Notes under the pieces: model-generated | What the model saw: only the letters and a program-made list of their open reading frames with translations | Told to the model about the DNA's origin: nothing | Databases searched by the model: none | NCBI GenBank assembly: GCA_040880975.1 | Contig: JBBEEC010000058.1 | Coordinates: 4,299 to 68,298, forward strand | Origin: Bacteroidota bacterium | GTDB taxonomy: Bacteria; Bacteroidota; Ignavibacteria; UBA10030 | DNA: 64,000 bases | Direction of reading: 5' to 3' | Made by a program: the position numbers and the translations under genes | Shown here: one piece after another, positions 29,195 to 39,132 of the stretch | How positions within the stretch are numbered: the stretch's first letter is position 1 | Layout: each line of letters begins with the position of its first letter

Positions 29195-30544
29195 TTACCT
29201 TGGTTCCCACGGGTGTATGCCGGCCTGATCGATAAAACAATGGATCAGTGGGCGGGGCTTCGGGGGGTGCGGTGTTATCTTGAAAGCGGCTTTGAGGCGT
29301 CCTCTTGCCTCGGAGAGGTCCTCATCCCGATCGCAGAGGATTTCCGCCAAAACATCCCCGGGTTCCACGTTGTTGCCAACCTTCTTTCGCAGTAGAATCC
29401 CTGCTTTGGGGTCCAGGACATCTGCAAGTTTTTTTCGCCCCGCTCCCAGCAGAATTGCAGATTGTCCGACTTCGTACGCATTCAACTCCCCGACAAACCC
29501 CGCCATATCTGACTTGATCTGCAGGTGATGCCGGGAAATCGGGTATGCCTCGAGATTCTCAACGACCGCGGTGTTCCCTCCCTGCGCTCTGACAATTTCC
29601 AGAAATTTTTTGTACGCCGATCCATCTGTGATCGTACCCCTGGATTGAGCCATCCCCTCCTTCAGCGAATTCGCTTTTCCGCCGGCCTGGATCATGGCTC
29701 CTGCAAGCGTGTGTGTTATCTCCATGAGATCCGATGATTCATCGTTGACACCCCGGGTCCCGCGAAGACACTCGACGCTTTCGACCACTTCGACCCAGTT
29801 TCCGACCGCGACCCCGAGCGGCTGTTCCATGGCGGTGATAAATCCCGTTGTTCGCGTCCCAAACTGGGTACCGATGGATATCAGCGTTTCAGCGAGTTTC
29901 AGCGCGTCTTCGTACCGCTGCATGAACGCCCCGATCCCCGTTTTAATGTCCAGAACGAGAGCGTCAATACCCTCGGCAAGCTTCTTGCTCATGATGCTGC
30001 TCGCGATGAGGGGAATACACTCCACCGTTGCTGTTACGTCGCGGAGGGCATAAAGCTTTCGGTCCGCAGGGGCGATCTCCGACGTCTGCCCGATCATGAC
30101 AGCCCCCGTTTCCCGTACGAGTCGTCGATACTCGGGAATCGGGATGTCCGTCCGAAATCCCGGAATGGATTCCAGCTTGTCCAATGTCCCGCCCGTATGG
30201 CCCAGGCCGCGCCCCGAGATCATCGGAACCGGAATTCCGCGGGAGGCGACGATGGGAGCGAGTATAAGGGAAACCTTGTCTCCCACTCCCCCGGTAGAGT
30301 GCTTGTCGACCTTGATTCCGGGGATGTCCGAAAGATCGATGACGCTGCCCGAATGCAGCATCAAGTCCGTGAAGATCACCGTCTCTTCCTTTGTCATGCC
30401 GCGAAAATAGCATGCCATGAGAAAGGCGGACATCTGGTAGTCGGGCAATTCACCGCGGACATATCCGGTGATCAACACGCGCAGGTCACTTTCGGTAAGG
30501 GCACCACCTTCGCGTTTTTTCCGTATAAGTTCAACAGGAAGGAT
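29195..30544 (-). CDS. pdp: Thymidine/pyrimidine-nucleoside phosphorylase
   Basis: DKHSTGGVGDK, SGRGLGHTGGTLDKLESIPG and SIMSKKLAEG. The conserved N-terminus (xLPVELIRKKREGG) extends to an ATC codon at 30544. Confidence 0.93.
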   Translation of the reverse strand: MLPVELIRKKREGGALTESDLRVLITGYVRGELPDYQMSAFLMACYFRGMTKEETVIFTDLMLHSGSVIDLSDIPGIKVDKHSTGGVGDKVSLILAPIVASRGIPVPMISGRGLGHTGGTLDKLESIPGFRTDIPIPEYRRLVRETGAVMIGQTSEIAPADRKLYALRDVTATVECIPLIASSIMSKKLAEGIDALVLDIKTGIGAFMQRYEDALKLAETLISIGTQFGTRTTGFITAMEQPLGVAVGNWVEVVESVECLRGTRGVNDESSDLMEITHTLAGAMIQAGGKANSLKEGMAQSRGTITDGSAYKKFLEIVRAQGGNTAVVENLEAYPISRHHLQIKSDMAGFVGELNAYEVGQSAILLGAGRKKLADVLDPKAGILLRKKVGNNVEPGDVLAEILCDRDEDLSEARGRLKAAFKITPHPPKPRPLIHCFIDQAGIHPWEPR

Positions 30545-30589
30545 GGCCGGATTCCTCTCTTGGTAATCTCTGAGTAAGTCGATGCCCTT

Positions 30590-30760
30590 CTAACATTCCA
30601 CTTTTACCGTAAATTCCTTTCCGCACGTGTCGCATTTGTATTCCACCGTTACCCAGTTGTTTCGCTCGTAATAGCTCATCTCGGCGAGCTCACCGCCGCA
30701 TGCGGCGACGGGGCAACGTTTGAGGTCGAGCTGGTACATTCGGCCGGTCGGCTTGCTCAT
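30590..30760 (-). CDS. Small zinc-ribbon protein (56 aa)
   Basis: MSKPTGRMYQLDLKRCPVAACGG...YKCDTCGKEF; GGAGG RBS; ATGA overlap with the NUDIX stop. Confidence 0.7.
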   Translation of the reverse strand: MSKPTGRMYQLDLKRCPVAACGGELAEMSYYERNNWVTVEYKCDTCGKEFTVKVEC

Positions 30761-31305
30761 GTGCTTCCTCCGATCGTCTTCAAGGCAAGGTGAAACCCGC
30801 AAATGGTTTTCGCATCGACGATGGTCCCGTTGTGGATCATGGAGGCAACAGTGGTGATCGATGTCGGCTCGACGCTCAGGCCAAGCTCTCCCTCCTCCAA
30901 TTGGGGTCCGTGGGGGGATTGAATCAGGTCGGTTGCAAGATAGAGATGCAGGATCTCGCTGCAGAATCCCGGGCTTGTGTAGATCCGGCCAAGCTTCTTC
31001 ATCGTGCCAGCATCGTATCCAGTTTCTTCGGCCAGTTCTCGCTTGGCACAAAGTCCCGGGTCCTCGCCTTCGTTGAGTTTTCCCGCGGGAAATTCATACA
31101 ACACTTCATGCATGGGATACCGGAACTGCTTGATGAGCAGGAGGGTGCTGCGATCGAGCAACGGTACGATGACGGCACCCCCGGGATGGCTGGCGACTTC
31201 GCGGATCGCGCGATTTCCGGAGGGGTACTCCACTTCGTCCACTATAAGGTCAAAGACCTTGCCGGCGTGTCGTTTTTCGCTTTTGAGAAGCTTGAGGTTT
31301 TGCAT
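30757..31305 (-). CDS. NUDIX hydrolase (ADP-ribose pyrophosphatase-like)
   Basis: QFRYP, Nudix box EFPAGKLNEGEDPGLCAKRELAEETG, SPGF and DAKT. Confidence 0.92.
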   Translation of the reverse strand: MQNLKLLKSEKRHAGKVFDLIVDEVEYPSGNRAIREVASHPGGAVIVPLLDRSTLLLIKQFRYPMHEVLYEFPAGKLNEGEDPGLCAKRELAEETGYDAGTMKKLGRIYTSPGFCSEILHLYLATDLIQSPHGPQLEEGELGLSVEPTSITTVASMIHNGTIVDAKTICGFHLALKTIGGST

Positions 31306-32377
31306 TGGATGCTTGCTGAAGGTGAACCACACGCTGAGGGAAGGGAATTTCGATCCCTTCCTTTACGAACGAGTTGTAGATCTCTTCGCGAAGGGCCGTT
31401 TCGGTGAGGAATTTCTGCCGAAAATCATCCGAGCGGCCAACAAGCCGGAGCAGAATCGCCGAATCGGCAAGATCCATGACGAACACTTCGGGAGCTGGTT
31501 CCGACATGACGTGAGGATGAAGGCGGGCAAGTTTGACCATGATCTGACGGGCCTGATCGATATCTGTGCCATAGGCAACACCGACCTGCACCATGACCCG
31601 AATCACCATTTCCGGATACGAATAATTGACGATCTTCCCCTTCGTCAGTTCCGCGTTGGGCATGACGATAACGTTGTTGTCGAAGTCCAGAACCTTGGTA
31701 CTTCGAATGCCGATTTCGTAGACGTCACCGGTTTCTCCTGAGGCCAGCTGAATGCGATCTCCGGGCCGGAAAGGCTTATCCATCATAATTACGAACCCCG
31801 CGATCATGTTTGCGATGGTATCCTGGGCAGCGAGCGCGATGGCCAGTGAACCCACACCGAGCGAGACCACCAGACTGCTGACATCCTGCCGAAAATAATT
31901 CAGCGTAATGATGAGCGCGATGAGCGTGATGATAATCGACACGATCCGATTGACCAGAGGGAGGATCCCCTCATGAAACTGGGCTTCAGTGCGCCTTTCG
32001 ATCGTGTGACGGATGATCGTGTCGGAAATCCGAATAAGAATAATGGTCAAAACAATGACAAAGCACACGAAAATGATGCCTTCGGTGTAGGCGATGAAAC
32101 GAAGGGCGGTTTCATTGGCTTTGCCGATAACGTTCTTTACCTGACCTATCGCGAGGTACACGCCCAAGACGACCGCGATCCAGGTCATGCGATCGATGAG
32201 GATCTCGAGGATCTTGTCGTCAAACGTCGCGGTGGTTTTCGCTGCGAGCCGGCGCCCAGCGGTCTTGAGAAACCACTTGAGAAGCCAGGCGAGCAGCAAA
32301 ATGGCAAGGAATTGCAACAAAGCCGTCGTTACAATAAATGCCGTTCCGCTTCCAAGGAGTTCTTTGAGATAGCGCAT
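31250..32377 (-). CDS. MscS family mechanosensitive channel
   Basis: LGVGSLAIALAAQDTIAN, PFRPGDRI, IGIRST and GIEIPFPQR. Confidence 0.93.
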   Translation of the reverse strand: MRYLKELLGSGTAFIVTTALLQFLAILLLAWLLKWFLKTAGRRLAAKTTATFDDKILEILIDRMTWIAVVLGVYLAIGQVKNVIGKANETALRFIAYTEGIIFVCFVIVLTIILIRISDTIIRHTIERRTEAQFHEGILPLVNRIVSIIITLIALIITLNYFRQDVSSLVVSLGVGSLAIALAAQDTIANMIAGFVIMMDKPFRPGDRIQLASGETGDVYEIGIRSTKVLDFDNNVIVMPNAELTKGKIVNYSYPEMVIRVMVQVGVAYGTDIDQARQIMVKLARLHPHVMSEPAPEVFVMDLADSAILLRLVGRSDDFRQKFLTETALREEIYNSFVKEGIEIPFPQRVVHLQQASNAKPQASQKRKTTRRQGL

Positions 32378-32964
32378 CAGTAGTTTCCCCTGCTTCCCGG
32401 CTTGATCACAGGGTCGCCTTCCCGGCAGAGCGGACATTCCTCGGGCTTGTGCGCGATGACATCAAGCTGGAGGATGGAGAAATGCTTGGAATCAAATTTC
32501 AATTTTCCGTTGCTCCGGTCAACGATGTAACCGACCCCGGCGAGTCTTCCCTGTGCCTTGTTGACCAGATCCACGACTTCGAACACCGATCCGCCGGTCG
32601 TGACGACATCTTCGACAACAAGGACCCGCTCTCCCGGCTTGATCTCGAATCCGCGGCGAATTTCCATGGTCTGGGCTTTTCTTTCGGCAAAAATCGTGCG
32701 GACTCCGAGCAGCCGGCCGACCTCTGTTCCTACAACAATGCCACCCAGTGCCGGAGACACAACAAGCTCAACGTCGCTGTACTCGAAATGCTTTGCGATC
32801 TCGCCCGCAAATAAATGAAGGTATTTGGGATATTGAAGAACCCTCGCACATTGAAAATACTGCGGGCTATGAAGGCCGGACGTCAGCTGAAAATGCCCCT
32901 CAAGAAGGGCCTTTGTCTCTCGAAAAATATCCAGAATTTGCTCTTTGGGGATTTTTGAAGGCAT
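32377..32964 (-). CDS. pyrE: Orotate phosphoribosyltransferase
   Basis: [15 protein letters not shown] motif [11 protein letters not shown] and KPGSR. Confidence 0.95.
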   Translation of the reverse strand: MPSKIPKEQILDIFRETKALLEGHFQLTSGLHSPQYFQCARVLQYPKYLHLFAGEIAKHFEYSDVELVVSPALGGIVVGTEVGRLLGVRTIFAERKAQTMEIRRGFEIKPGERVLVVEDVVTTGGSVFEVVDLVNKAQGRLAGVGYIVDRSNGKLKFDSKHFSILQLDVIAHKPEECPLCREGDPVIKPGSRGNY

Positions 32965-33051
32965 GAGAAATCAGTTCCAGTTGGGACGTAAAGGTAGGTA
33001 AAAAAAAGTCGACATTCTAATATCGAAATACCAAACGGGGACGTTCAGCTT

Positions 33052-33366
33052 TCACGAAATCTCGTCGAGAGCGTCCTGCATCTCCCTCTGAGCATGAGTA
33101 TCGTTTTGGTCCCGCGCAACTTCGATGCCGCGTTTCAGGACCTGTTTCGCCTCAGCCATGCGGGCGAGTTTCTGATACTGAAAGCCGAGCTGCTGATACG
33201 CCGGTACGTAGGCAGGATTTCTTTCAACCACTTCAAGCAAGAGGGAGACTGCGAGCGTCGTTTCCCCCATCCCGGCATACTCCAGGGCGAGTGCATAGCG
33301 GGTAAACGAATCGTTCGGATCGTTTTCGAGGAATTCCTTAAGCTGCGCAATGCGGTCTTGTCTCAT
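33052..33366 (-). CDS. Small TPR protein
   Basis: DPNDSFTRYALALEY and YVPAYQQLG TPR pattern. Confidence 0.85.
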   Translation of the reverse strand: MRQDRIAQLKEFLENDPNDSFTRYALALEYAGMGETTLAVSLLLEVVERNPAYVPAYQQLGFQYQKLARMAEAKQVLKRGIEVARDQNDTHAQREMQDALDEIS

Positions 33367-33644
33367 AATTCGTCGATGCGTGCGGCGAGCGTGAAATCAT
33401 CTTCTGTCAGTCCGCCGGCACTATGAGTCGAAAGCACAAGCGTAACTTTGTTCCACCGGATGTCGATGTCCGGATGATGATTCTGCCGTTCGGCCAGGAG
33501 CGCGACGGAGTTCACAAATCCCATTGCCCTGACAAAATCTTTTGCCTCAATGGTCTTCCGGATCTGGTCGCCTTCGAGTGACCAGCCCTTCAGCTTCTTC
33601 AATTTTGCCTGAATATCTCCTTTGCTCAGTACTATCTGTGCCAT
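33363..33644 (-). CDS. phhB: Pterin-4-alpha-carbinolamine dehydratase
   Basis: AERQNHHPDI and STHSAGGLTEDD. Confidence 0.93.
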   Translation of the reverse strand: MAQIVLSKGDIQAKLKKLKGWSLEGDQIRKTIEAKDFVRAMGFVNSVALLAERQNHHPDIDIRWNKVTLVLSTHSAGGLTEDDFTLAARIDEL

Positions 33645-33665
33645 AGCGTCCTCGTTGAAAATTGA

Positions 33666-34184
33666 TCAAAACATTACCGGCTCCCGGCGGGCTTGTTTCT
33701 CGTGCTCGCTTCTCAGAATGATATGCTTTGAATCGATGGCCCGATCGATCGCCAGGATGCCGTTAATATGGTCGATCTCGTGCTGGAGCAATTCGGAAAG
33801 TGCCCCTTCTCCGTTGACAGTCCGCGACTTTCCGTGCTCGTCACGGTACGACACCTTGATCGCATACGACCGCTCAACCATGACCAGCAAATCCGGAAAG
33901 GAAAAACAATCATCCCACAACCTCATCTTCTTGCGGCTTTTGGCGACGATCCGCGGATTGATCATCGGGCCATGGATCTCGGGATTTATATAAATAACCT
34001 GCTTTGCGGTACCGATCTGCGGCGCAGCGATCCCCCGCCCAAAGCCCTTGCGCGACCGAAAATCTGCAAGCGTGTCGGCCAGATCAGCGATCAGGGACCG
34101 CGTTTCCGGAGATTCGAAGTCTTTCACCGGCGTGCATCGCCGGCGCAGTATCGGATTTCCGAGAAGTGTTATTTCGCGAACCAT
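33666..34184 (-). CDS. def: Peptide deformylase
   Basis: GIAAPQIG, DDCFS (variant of EGCLS) and QHEIDHING. Confidence 0.9.
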   Translation of the reverse strand: MVREITLLGNPILRRRCTPVKDFESPETRSLIADLADTLADFRSRKGFGRGIAAPQIGTAKQVIYINPEIHGPMINPRIVAKSRKKMRLWDDCFSFPDLLVMVERSYAIKVSYRDEHGKSRTVNGEGALSELLQHEIDHINGILAIDRAIDSKHIILRSEHEKQARREPVMF

Positions 34185-34240
34185 AGTGATGCAATATAGA
34201 CAAGTCGTGCGTTGGAGGCAATATCAGAGCTTGATACCGG

Positions 34241-34271
34241 TAAACAGTAAACAGTGAGTGGTGAACGGTGC
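34241..34271. repeat. Heptamer tract
   Basis: gtaaaca gtaaaca gtgagtg gtgaacg immediately downstream of murI. Confidence 0.5.
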
Positions 34272-34276
34272 AGGTG

Positions 34277-35071
34277 CTAAACTTTGTGCACCTTACCGAG
34301 TTTTTGTCCGAGGAATCGTTCGCCGACCTCCGTGAACTTGTGCGGAATATCGCTGACGAAAAACTGCAGGTTCGGCTTCATCGTGCTGGGGTTGCGCAGG
34401 TTGTTCTCATCCAGCACCTTTCCCACGGTAGCGGCCGTTGCTTCACCAGAGTCGATAAGTGCCACGGCATTGTTGAGAACGGTGTTGATCGGGCCGCGGA
34501 GGATCGGATAGTGCGTGCACCCGAGAACAAGCGTGTCGATCTTCTCGAGCGTGAGCGGAAAGAGATACTCGCGGGCGATCATTTCAGTAGCTTTGTGGTC
34601 AACCCAACCTTCTTCTGCGAGCGGAACAAAGAGGGGGCACGCCTTTGAAAAGACCTGAATCGACGGGTCTGCCTGCCGGATCGCGTTCTCGTATGCCTGG
34701 CTCAGCACTGTTCCTGATGTTCCAATGACGCCCACGCGTTTCTTTGTTGTCGATGCTGCTGCCGCCTCCGCTCCCGGCACAATGACACCCACGACCGGTA
34801 CCCGGGAGTGCTTCTGAACCACATCAAGGGCCACCGCGGAAACGGTGTTGCACGCGACGACGATCATTTTGACGTTGTGGGCAAGCAATACCTCGGTGTC
34901 TTCCGCGGCGTAGGTTCGCACGACTTGCGCGGATTTTGGGCCATATGGAACGCGGGCGGTATCTCCGAAGTAAACAATGTTTTCATGAGGCAAATGATGC
35001 GTCAGGGCGCGCACGACCGTCAATCCGCCAATTCCGGAATCAAAAACGCCTATGGGGCGGGATGCACTCAT
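34277..35071 (-). CDS. murI: Glutamate racemase
   Basis: FDSGIGGLTV, VACNT and LGCTHYP. Confidence 0.97.
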   Translation of the reverse strand: MSASRPIGVFDSGIGGLTVVRALTHHLPHENIVYFGDTARVPYGPKSAQVVRTYAAEDTEVLLAHNVKMIVVACNTVSAVALDVVQKHSRVPVVGVIVPGAEAAAASTTKKRVGVIGTSGTVLSQAYENAIRQADPSIQVFSKACPLFVPLAEEGWVDHKATEMIAREYLFPLTLEKIDTLVLGCTHYPILRGPINTVLNNAVALIDSGEATAATVGKVLDENNLRNPSTMKPNLQFFVSDIPHKFTEVGERFLGQKLGKVHKV

Positions 35072-37767
35072 GTTGTCACCGGGGTTAGTTCGGATTCAAT
35101 GATTTCGACGATTGTCTGAAGAAGGGCTTGCCGGACGGCGTCCCGGCGATTTGGGTCCTCGATCCTTTGGCCGTCACGGTCGCGGACATAGAACGAATCC
35201 ACGATCCCGTCGGCTCTTGTGGCGATCTTCGCGGAGGCGATATCAAGGTTCAACTGTGATATTGCCCCGGTAATCTTGTAGAGGAATCCGAGCCGGTCCG
35301 GAGCAAAGACGTCGATGATCGAGTAAAGAGGGTGGTCTTCAAATTCCACGCCGATGCGTGCATTCGGATTCATCGGTTTTGCGAGACGCTTCCATTTCAT
35401 CCTGTGACGTTCAAGAAGATGTTCGATGTCGGTGGACCCTGCGATGACATCGGCGAGTTCCTGGCGGATCTTTGCGCACTGGGATTCGGTCAAACGTTTA
35501 TGCTGGAGGAAATCGGTAACGCGGAATTTGTCAATGATCACGCCGTCGTTTCGGGTGAAGATATGGGCATCGAGAATATTGGCATCGTTGGCGGAGAGCA
35601 CTCCGCAAAAGCGCGATAAGGCAAACCGCCGGTCGCGCGCGATAATGGTAACCTCGGTCATCGAATCCTGGTGTGCGAAGAGGGCGGCAACGGGCTCGTT
35701 GCGCCCGATCCGGCGAATATGCTCGGCGATTTCCTCCGCATTGAACGCAGCGAGATATCCCGCATTGTCCACGGCCTCGAGGTGGCCCGAAGACGATTCT
35801 TCCGGGAGCACTCCCGCGAGAGTCTGCACGAGTTCTTGAACAGCCCTCACATGACTGGTCTCCGCGGCGTGACGAACTTGTTCCTGCGAAAGACTTTTGT
35901 TGAGCACCTCCTTGGATTTCCGGTACAGCTCGAACAGAAGCATTCCCTTCCAGTCCGTCCATACGGTTTTGTTGACGGCGCTCAGGTCGGCATAGGTAAG
36001 GACGTAAAGGTAGTCCAGAAGATACGGCCGGGGAATGCGGGCACAGAAGTCTATGATCGTTTGAGGATCGCTGAGATTTCTTCGGAAGGCCACTTGTTCC
36101 ATCAAAAGATGATTTCGCACGAGAAAGGAAACATCGTCAACGATATCGTTGAACCGCAGGCGCCGAAGGACCTTTTCTGCGATGGAGGCTCCGGTGATTT
36201 CATGGTCCCCGACGCGTTCGGGTTTGGCAATGTCATGAAGGAGGCACGCAAGGTACAGTACGTCACGTCGTGCGAGTCCTCGAAACACCTCGCCCAGGCT
36301 GCTGGACTGACCGGCAAGCGCTTCTGCGGTCTCAACGACACGCAAGGTATGTTCGTCGGCCGTATAATAGTGGTACTGATTGTGTTGAAAGAACGCCACC
36401 AGCGGCTTCCATTCGGGAATCCACCGTTCAAAGATCCCCATCTCGGACAATATGTGTAGACCGCGGCCAACGCCCTCCGGAAGATTCAGAAATTCACGAA
36501 ACAAACCTGCCTCGCTTTTGGCGGAAAGTCTTGTGCAGCGCCGATATTGCTTCGCGATCAGGTCTTCCAACTCCTCCGAAAACGGAGCCTGATGTTGTGC
36601 GGAATAAAGAAGGGCCTGAAGGACGGTCGTGTTCGTAAGGGCGGGTTTTGACTGGGGAGCGATCCGGCCGCTCCGGATCACAAATGATTCATCAAGCCGG
36701 GTTGTTTCCTGCGAAGCAGGCGGGTGGAACTGCCGAAGCAGTACACCGGCGATCCTGCGACTGAACATGAAGATCCGCCGCGAAGCAACGTAATACTCCT
36801 GCATAAATCGTTCAACACTTGAACGATTGGGCGTGGATCGGAATTTCAATGCGTCAGCCACCTGGCGCTGAAATGCGAACTCCAGGGAATCATGGAGGCC
36901 CTTGGACTCCAGATGCATGGCGTTCCTGGTGCGCAGGAGTTGTTCAAACGCTGTCTGCAGGTCGCGAAGATGGCCCGCCGGAACATGCCGACGAATGAAA
37001 GGAGCAGAGAGAAACCGCGTGAAGGCGGTTTCACCCTTCTTCAAACCCGTGAACAATTTCACCGCGCCGGATCCCAGCGCAAGCCACAATACGGTGTGCA
37101 GATCACGCAATCCGCCGGCGCTGTTCTTGATGTTCGGTTCCAGCAACTTTGTCGATTGACCGTATTTTCGGTGCCGGACTTCCATGCGTCCTGCGAGGTC
37201 CCTAACAAAACCGGGCCGATCCCCTTTGTCTATTTGCGACCGCAGGGATGATCTTAGCCCCGCAAACAGCGCCTTATCTCCACACAGGAACCGGGATTCC
37301 AGAAGAGAAACCCATGATTCGACATCCGTTTCACGCAGCCCAAGGCAATCTTCCACTGTCCTCACGCTGTGGCCGATGTCCAGTCCGATATCGAGCAGAT
37401 TATGCAGAAGTTTCCGAACAGCAAACCCCACCTCGGGTAACGTGGATTTCGGAATCAAAAACATGATATCGGTGTCAGAGGCAAAACAGAGCTCTTTGCG
37501 GCCGAATCCGCCAAGGCAAACGATGGCAAAGGATGATTTCGCAGGATGACCAAAGGAACGGAAGGTGGAGATAATGGCGGAATCCATGGCTCTTGTAAGT
37601 GTGAGGGCCGTCCGGATTCCACCTGCTCCCTTCCGATGAAGGTGCGCGGCGGCCTGAAGTTGATTCTGAAAGATATTTCTTGGGGTTACATCGCGGTCCA
37701 CGTCACAATATAAAGAATGAGGCCGCAAACGGCAACGAATCGAGGGAAAGTCATGGGTAATTGCCAA
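35068..37767 (-). CDS. glnD: Bifunctional PII uridylyltransferase / uridylyl-removing enzyme
   Basis: LGGFGR..SDTD, EPNIKNSAGGLRD, YHYYTADEH, LLHDIAK and two ACT domains. Start uncertain. Confidence 0.93.
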   Translation of the reverse strand: MAITHDFPSIRCRLRPHSLYCDVDRDVTPRNIFQNQLQAAAHLHRKGAGGIRTALTLTRAMDSAIISTFRSFGHPAKSSFAIVCLGGFGRKELCFASDTDIMFLIPKSTLPEVGFAVRKLLHNLLDIGLDIGHSVRTVEDCLGLRETDVESWVSLLESRFLCGDKALFAGLRSSLRSQIDKGDRPGFVRDLAGRMEVRHRKYGQSTKLLEPNIKNSAGGLRDLHTVLWLALGSGAVKLFTGLKKGETAFTRFLSAPFIRRHVPAGHLRDLQTAFEQLLRTRNAMHLESKGLHDSLEFAFQRQVADALKFRSTPNRSSVERFMQEYYVASRRIFMFSRRIAGVLLRQFHPPASQETTRLDESFVIRSGRIAPQSKPALTNTTVLQALLYSAQHQAPFSEELEDLIAKQYRRCTRLSAKSEAGLFREFLNLPEGVGRGLHILSEMGIFERWIPEWKPLVAFFQHNQYHYYTADEHTLRVVETAEALAGQSSSLGEVFRGLARRDVLYLACLLHDIAKPERVGDHEITGASIAEKVLRRLRFNDIVDDVSFLVRNHLLMEQVAFRRNLSDPQTIIDFCARIPRPYLLDYLYVLTYADLSAVNKTVWTDWKGMLLFELYRKSKEVLNKSLSQEQVRHAAETSHVRAVQELVQTLAGVLPEESSSGHLEAVDNAGYLAAFNAEEIAEHIRRIGRNEPVAALFAHQDSMTEVTIIARDRRFALSRFCGVLSANDANILDAHIFTRNDGVIIDKFRVTDFLQHKRLTESQCAKIRQELADVIAGSTDIEHLLERHRMKWKRLAKPMNPNARIGVEFEDHPLYSIIDVFAPDRLGFLYKITGAISQLNLDIASAKIATRADGIVDSFYVRDRDGQRIEDPNRRDAVRQALLQTIVEIIESELTPVTT

Positions 37768-37810
37768 TTGTCAATTGGAAATTTGTTTGGACGTCATCGA
37801 AAGATGAAGC

Positions 37811-39007
37811 TCATCGAAAATATCCGGCAATTTCCATTGCGAGTTCCCGGGAAGCTCCCTCTGCGGCGCGGTGAACAAGTTCATCATCCGGCGGAGGATA
37901 CGCCTCGGGAATCGAGCACAGCTGGCGCGATCGGTGGGTCAACGCTTCCTTGTCTCCGCGGTATTTCCCGAACTTGATCTCGACAATCTGAAGGTGGGGA
38001 ACGTTTCCCGATTTGACGATGGTGCCTCGTTCGACATCGATGATCTGGTAACTGGCGTTCAATTTCGCGGTCGCTCTGCGCGTGATCGCCGTGACCGTGG
38101 CGGTCACTTTCTTCTTCGGTTTGTCTTTCCCCTGTGAAATTTCGTCTTCGTCCCGGTACATGGATACAATGTCGGGAGGATAATCGCTTACCACCGATGT
38201 GATCTTGCCGAACACAAATGCATGAATGCCGAGGAGTTTTCCGATCCGCGCGGCCGATGCGGGATCAATGAATTCCGTTTGCCCGAACTTCAACTCCCTG
38301 ATAAGGTCGTCGATCTTCTCTCTCGTTACAAACTCGAGAAATTCCATATTCTTTGGGTCTTGCATTGCCTCACTGATGACCCGGTCAGCAACCACAACCC
38401 CGATGGCTCCGTACCAGTTTTTGCCACTCAAATTGTCGAACGGCATCACGGCGATCCGCATGACGGCGGCTTTGCGGTTCTTCTCATATCTTTGCCGCGA
38501 TTCCTTATAGTCAACGATGTAATCCAGAGCCCGCGCATACTCCTTGGCAGCGTCCTTGGCCATTCCCTTATCTTCAAAGGAAATTCCCGCCGTATAGTGC
38601 TTCTCCGCTGCCTGGCGCCGGGCATTCTGAAATTCGGTCTCCACGTTGCGTGTCCGTAAAGTCACCATCTGTCCGCTGTCTTCATGCGTTTGCGGAGGCA
38701 AACTCCGTACGGCGTCAGACATGGTGAGAATATCTTCGTACAACATGTAAGCCAGGTCCCAATCATTGGCGCCTTCGGCGCGTTGCGCCTGGGCGTACGT
38801 GTTTTCATAGATGCCTGGAAGCTCCCTTGAAAGAAAATCCAGTGCTTCGGCATGCCCGGGATCTTCACGAAGGGTCTCGACCGCATATCGCACGGCATTC
38901 ACCATGTCTCCCGAACGGTACGCCTTCTCGGATAACCCCCACGGCCCCGATGAACATCCGATGAGTACGAAAGACAACACCAAACCGGCGGAGAGGAATC
39001 GGTTCAT
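37811..39007 (-). CDS. Lipoprotein with TPR-like region and CsgG/HfaB-like domain
   Basis: Lipobox LIG-C; RIAVMPF, VTREKIDDLIRE, AARIGKLLG..FVFGKI and IIDVERG. Confidence 0.8.
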   Translation of the reverse strand: MNRFLSAGLVLSFVLIGCSSGPWGLSEKAYRSGDMVNAVRYAVETLREDPGHAEALDFLSRELPGIYENTYAQAQRAEGANDWDLAYMLYEDILTMSDAVRSLPPQTHEDSGQMVTLRTRNVETEFQNARRQAAEKHYTAGISFEDKGMAKDAAKEYARALDYIVDYKESRQRYEKNRKAAVMRIAVMPFDNLSGKNWYGAIGVVVADRVISEAMQDPKNMEFLEFVTREKIDDLIRELKFGQTEFIDPASAARIGKLLGIHAFVFGKITSVVSDYPPDIVSMYRDEDEISQGKDKPKKKVTATVTAITRRATAKLNASYQIIDVERGTIVKSGNVPHLQIVEIKFGKYRGDKEALTHRSRQLCSIPEAYPPPDDELVHRAAEGASRELAMEIAGYFR

Positions 39008-39132
39008 GGACACTCCTTTGAACGACATTCAGTGAACGGTGAAATGCGAAAGCGTGAGATGATCTGAAACTGCGATCATCTAATATCTCACTCCTCGTTT
39101 TATCTTTGAAGATAACCATTTTGTCGAAATAC

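Noticed and set aside
30545-30592. Pyrrolysine/programmed amber readthrough fusing the Zn-ribbon ORF to pdp
   Set aside because: There are no pyl genes in the window, and an SD sequence positioned before the ATC explains independent initiation more simply.
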